19,252 nucleotides of DNA from NCBI GenBank assembly GCA_035416745.1, contig DAOLNV010000057.1, forward strand, positions 1 to 19,252, in the 5' to 3' direction. The position numbers and the translations under genes were made by a program. The notes below the pieces were generated by a model that was given only the letters and a program-made list of their open reading frames with translations, had not been told where the DNA came from and made no database searches. This DNA comes from Candidatus Hydrogenedentota bacterium (GTDB taxonomy: Bacteria; Hydrogenedentota; Hydrogenedentia; Hydrogenedentales; SLHB01). Positions 16,801-19,252 of this stretch are shown here, one piece after another (the first letter of the stretch is position 1; every line of letters begins with the position of its first letter).

Positions 16801-16981
16801 GGTCTCGTTCCACAGCCTTGGCCGTGCGCTCATTGGCGGCCTAACCACAGGCACCGTGCTGACCCTGTTCATCGTGCCCCTTTTCTACTCGCTCATCGAC
16901 GACCTGGGCCTCTGGCTTCGCAGCTACCTGGCCAACGTCGCCAGCGCTATCGCGGGCAGGGTGCGGCAGCCGGGAATGTAA
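13832..16981 (+). CDS. RND superfamily efflux transporter permease (AcrB/AcrD/AcrF-like, 1049 aa)
   Basis: N-terminus collinear with AcrB (MKNVSLPTIALNRRVTVLMGLVTVIALGVIALQLIPMELIMKLEFP vs [36 protein letters not shown]). Twelve-TM, two-large-loop architecture. TM4 motif GMLVDCSIVVMEN (AcrB: GLLVDDAIVVVEN), i.e. only one of the paired relay Asp residues is conserved. No membrane-fusion or outer-membrane partner gene is adjacent. The large antisense ORFs inside it (13925..15592, 15701..16813) are shadows. Confidence 0.9.
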   Translation: MKNVSLPTIALNRRVTVLMGLVTVIALGVIALQLIPMELIMKLEFPVIYVWIPYPGATPAQIEAEVAIPAEGEFRTIPALKQIFTNCNAAGCHISMRFDWDTDLAGAAADVRDRIERMRLRMPEGVERIFLRRSSSETWPVISLALLRRKNDTELAHWTRTVLQPRLMRIPGVAEVEVSGTGEERIDIGFDQAALRNYNLALYDVVARLRNNSVNEGVGELYEGDNKYHVRAVDEVTTPEALRETIVGPNNRRLKEVADVEFREEDGTSTHTIDGKHGVFISVQRESEANTIDVCEAVKAEVTRTLQEPIFEGAEMFVFSDHGETIRSALGKLREAGIQGGGLAVLVLFLFLRRIRPTLIVTLSIPVSLTPALIFMYFWGMTINLVTLTSMIICVGMLVDCSIVVMENISRYTMMGLPPLESTKRGANEVGLAITVATLTTVVVFVPVFYMENGEMAIHMREFSVPVTVALLASLIVALTIIPVAACSLRPRHHYAVYRRLSSFFRRKGPLTGLLRWGPLTHALRAYDRVLEWTMVHRLEALCGVAAILLVTALIPYREVGLQQLPTLDLRRVEIAVSFDQNFGPDQTLPVFDSIESLLNGQRDSLGIKNIYVQPGDRAGYVRLYLLQLEDCPQGMVLPYSSQEVREILAGQLPPLVPGGKIETGVGGLTAQGERTLTVRLQGDNGPQLREHAEEVRRLLASIDGVTEVTTDIDRGDEEIQLLIEETQVARAGISPYVVARTVDFALRGVQLPDMKQAGREIPLWARFRGEDRKSLTDLDNVAVLTRSGGLVTLENLVSKRRSGTPSDIQRVDGKNVINITAKTYGRTFSKVKDDIAALAELINLPSGYSLEMGDQAEELDTSFRNFRVALLFAIILIYIVMGALFESFVLPLSILTSVPLAFVGVYWSMYLSDVPLDSVSLIGVILMCGVIVNNGIVIVDYINQLRERGMEREAAILQASRERLRPVLMTALTTILGCVPLAQGTQIGEVSFHSLGRALIGGLTTGTVLTLFIVPLFYSLIDDLGLWLRSYLANVASAIAGRVRQPGM

Positions 16982-17128
16982 CGCATATCCCGAGACCGGC
17001 CACAAGTCGCCTTCCGCGAAGTGCGCCGCGAGATGTGTCCCGGCAGCGCCGGAAATGCGCTTTGCAGCAGTATTGTTTATAATCGGGAGGGCTGCAAAAG
17101 AGTGAAAGAGTGAGAGGAGGGTTCTGCG

Positions 17129-17746
17129 ATGAAACGCACGACTGTGTTGTTAGCTATAGGCTGCCTGGCCATCGCTGCCGTGATAGTCATACTCGCGGGA
17201 CGTGCCGGACGGGACGTTCAGGCGGAAGGCAAGATCAAGATCGGCGAGAAGATGCCTGACTTCGCGCTGAACGGCATCGACGGCAAGGAATACAAGTTGA
17301 CGGAGGTTCTCAAAAAGGGCCCGACGGTGTTGATATTCTCCTCCCAGGAGTGCCCCTATTCCCGCAAGGCCGACCCTGTATTGTCCAAGCTCTATACTTC
17401 CTACAAGGACAAAGGCGTGACGTTCCTGAGTATCGATTCGCACAAGGACACCACGCCCGAGCAGATCAAGCAATATGCCGAGACGGCCAAGCTAACGTAT
17501 GTCGTGCTCAAGGATGCTGGAAACAAGTATGCCGACGCCGCGGGAGCGCAGCGCACCCCGGAGGTGTTCATCGTTAACAAGGACGGCAAGCTTGTCTATC
17601 ATGGCGGCCCCAATAACCAGAAAGAACCGGGCGACGCAGAGTTCAAGGATTACGTCAAATCGGCGTTGGACGAAATCCTTGCTGGCAAGGCGGTGTCTGC
17701 CCCCGAGGCCAGCACCTGGGGTTGCACTATCAAGCGTGCGGGCTGA
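17129..17746 (+). CDS. thioredoxin-fold TlpA/redoxin-like protein, membrane-anchored, monothiol CPYS active-site motif
   Basis: SD GAGGAGGG 8 nt upstream. N-terminal signal anchor MKRTTVLLAIGCLAIAAVIVILAG. Redoxin-like core with FSSQECPYSRK (CxxS instead of CxxC) and ...TPEVFIVNKDGKLV. A further Cys near the C-terminus (WGCTIKRAG). Lower GC (about 56%) than the neighbourhood. Confidence 0.7.
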   Translation: MKRTTVLLAIGCLAIAAVIVILAGRAGRDVQAEGKIKIGEKMPDFALNGIDGKEYKLTEVLKKGPTVLIFSSQECPYSRKADPVLSKLYTSYKDKGVTFLSIDSHKDTTPEQIKQYAETAKLTYVVLKDAGNKYADAAGAQRTPEVFIVNKDGKLVYHGGPNNQKEPGDAEFKDYVKSALDEILAGKAVSAPEASTWGCTIKRAG

Positions 17747-17789
17747 CATGGCCTGACCAAATCTCGGAAAGGCTGTTTTTCCGGGGGAA

Positions 17790-18434
17790 ATGGTGCAAAT
17801 GTTTCGAAAAATAGAGAACACGAGGGCCGGAAAAGGCCTGTTTCTCAGCCTTGCGGCACCGGCCCTCTGCATTCTCCTTGTCCTGACTTGGGGCGCATGT
17901 ACCCAGAGCGGAGGCAGCGGGAATACCAACCCAAGAGACTCGGAGGACACATCGGTCACGGCCGGCCGGCCTGCCGCCCAGACCCAGGGCTCCCCTGCTC
18001 CGGAAATCAACAAAGTCACATCCCCTGAATTGCTGGAGGTCATCCAGAAACATAGGAACAAAGTGGTTGTCTTGAAGTTTTGGGCGACCTGGTGCCCTCC
18101 TTGTGTCGAGGAAATGCCCAAGGTCATCGCTTTTTACAACAAGTACGCCGGGTCGGAAGACGTGGCCTTGGTCAGCGTCTCCGCCGACCTTGCCGACTCG
18201 ATAAACGATACCGTGGCCCCTTTCCTTAAGGAGAAAGGCGTCCCCTTCCCCGTTTGGGTGATTGACGCCGCCGGCCCCGAAGAGATCGTCGCCCGATTGG
18301 GCCTGGAAGAAACCCGCTGGGAGGGCACTCTCCCCGCGGCCTTCGTGTTTGATAAACAGGGCCGCTTGAGCAAGTTCTGGATAGGCCCCGTTCCGGAGGG
18401 CGCGCTCGAAGAGGCCGTGAAAGGCTTGCTCTAG
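17790..18434 (+). CDS. TlpA-like thiol:disulfide oxidoreductase (thioredoxin fold, WCPPC active site), probable lipoprotein
   Basis: Signal peptide ending ...LLVLTWGAC (lipobox-like, Cys+1). LKFWATWCPPCVEEMP is a canonical TlpA/ResA-type CxxC motif. The C-terminal PAAFVFDKQGRL strand motif is present. About 58% GC. Confidence 0.75.
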   Translation: MVQMFRKIENTRAGKGLFLSLAAPALCILLVLTWGACTQSGGSGNTNPRDSEDTSVTAGRPAAQTQGSPAPEINKVTSPELLEVIQKHRNKVVVLKFWATWCPPCVEEMPKVIAFYNKYAGSEDVALVSVSADLADSINDTVAPFLKEKGVPFPVWVIDAAGPEEIVARLGLEETRWEGTLPAAFVFDKQGRLSKFWIGPVPEGALEEAVKGLL

Positions 18435-18676
18435 TCAATCCGATTATTCGAGTGATGCTCTGCGTCCGGCCGATTTGTGGTGCGCGGTTCCAGCCTGCTC
18501 CCGAACGCGGGCAAGATACCTTCACCACAAGAAACCACAGCCAACCGAGACGGGTTCCCTTGACCGAGGAGCATCTCGCGGGGTCCACCGCATAGTCCTT
18601 CTTCTTCCTGCGTTTGGGCAATGGCGCCGCGGTCAACACGGCCACCCGACCGCCCCAAACAGCGGGATTGGCAGGC

Positions 18677-18705
18677 TTGCATTTGTCAAGAACTCCCGGT
18701 ATAGT
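18677..18705 (+). promoter_or_regulatory. sigma70-type promoter (-35 TTGCAT, 17-nt spacer, -10 TATAGT) for the downstream DUF1559 gene
   Basis: Hexamers at 18677-18682 and 18700-18705 with exactly 17-nt spacing. SD AAGGAG at 18747-18752 and ATG at 18761. Confidence 0.45.
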
Positions 18706-18733
18706 ATTACGAAAGTGGAAATCGTAATACCGG
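18696..18733 (+). promoter_or_regulatory. 38-nt bulged palindrome overlapping the -10 element and start site (CCGGTAT[AGT]ATTACGA-aagtggaaa-TCGTAATACCGG); candidate operator or 5'-UTR hairpin
   Basis: The left arm CCGGTAT..ATTACGA and right arm TCGTAATACCGG are reverse complements except for a 3-nt bulge. The motif overlaps the TATAGT -10 hexamer. Confidence 0.4.
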
Positions 18734-18760
18734 CGCGCCCGGTCCAAGGAGATTACCTAG

Positions 18761-19252
18761 CATGCGCACCCGTGGGTTTACCTTGATTGAACTGTTGGTT
18801 GTTATTGCCATCATCGGAGTGCTCGCGGCCATTCTGTTGCCGGCCCTGGCGCGCGCGCGTGAGGCGGCGCGGCGCGCGAGCTGCACGAACAACCTCAAAC
18901 AGTGGGGCCTGGTATTCAAGATGTACGCGAACGAAAGCGACGGCGAGAAGTTTCCGCCGGTTGCGCCGTTCTCCAATTACGGCGGCGTTCCGGTGTTCGC
19001 CGCGCCGGACCCGTCGGCCGTCTACCCTGAATACGTTTCCGGCTTCGGCGTGGCGCGTTGCCCGTCGGACAGCGATGCCGACGGCAGCGGCAGCTATGTG
19101 ACCGACAGACTTCCCCCGGGCGCCATCGAAGACCATGTGGCGGCCGTGCGCAACGGCGGCGACGCGGACAGCGCGCGCTACTTCTACGCGGCCGCCCTCG
19201 GGCGTTCCTACTGGTATCACGGTTTTGCCATGAGCAGCATCGAAGAATTCTA
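18761..19252 (+). CDS. DUF1559 domain protein with type IV pilin-like (prepilin-type) N-terminal cleavage/methylation motif; 3'-truncated at window edge
   Basis: [58 protein letters not shown] has a canonical G|FTLIE prepilin leader followed by the C-x-x-N-L-K segment typical of planctomycete DUF1559 proteins. Open to the window end, which is why it is missing from the ORF track. Confidence 0.8.

Noticed and set aside
13925-16813. Two long minus-strand ORFs (555 aa and 370 aa) inside the RND gene
   Set aside because: Antisense to a gene with unambiguous RND homology. The translations are His/Arg/Asp-rich with no hydrophobic segments.

Overview
High-GC (about 65%) bacterial chromosomal segment. 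Two proteins carry the DUF1559-type signature (prepilin-like leader, C-x-x-N-L-K segment, C-terminal H-x-LF-DG), which are massively expanded in Planctomycetota, so a planctomycete origin is a plausible inference. Contents, in order: (1) the 3' part of an Opp/Dpp-type peptide ABC importer operon (permease B, permease C, ATPases D and F). (2) A convergent, translationally coupled pair of small unknown genes whose tail runs antisense into the ATPase F gene. (3) A carbohydrate locus: a minus-strand operon of a 705-aa secreted protein of unrecognised family, a secreted 5-bladed-propeller glycoside-hydrolase-like protein and a 53-aa ORF, divergent from a GH4 alpha-galactosidase (MelA-like). (4) A repeat- and palindrome-dense intergenic region followed by a small ORF with its own SD and terminator, then a DUF1559 paralog with a degenerate leader. 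(5) A family-1 encapsulin system, encapsulated ferritin with a C-terminal LGIGS targeting peptide plus the HK97-fold shell protein, followed co-directionally by a DUF362 (Fe-S-associated) protein. (6) Divergent from the encapsulin operon, an orphan RND permease followed by two TlpA-like thioredoxin-fold proteins, one CPYS monothiol and one WCPPC lipoprotein, in a lower-GC segment. (7) The 5' part of a canonical DUF1559 prepilin-type gene with a recognisable sigma70-like promoter. The most interesting candidate system is the encapsulin/ferritin/DUF362 module juxtaposed with the RND/redoxin module, which may form a redox/iron-stress island. No rRNA, tRNA, CRISPR or transposase was found.
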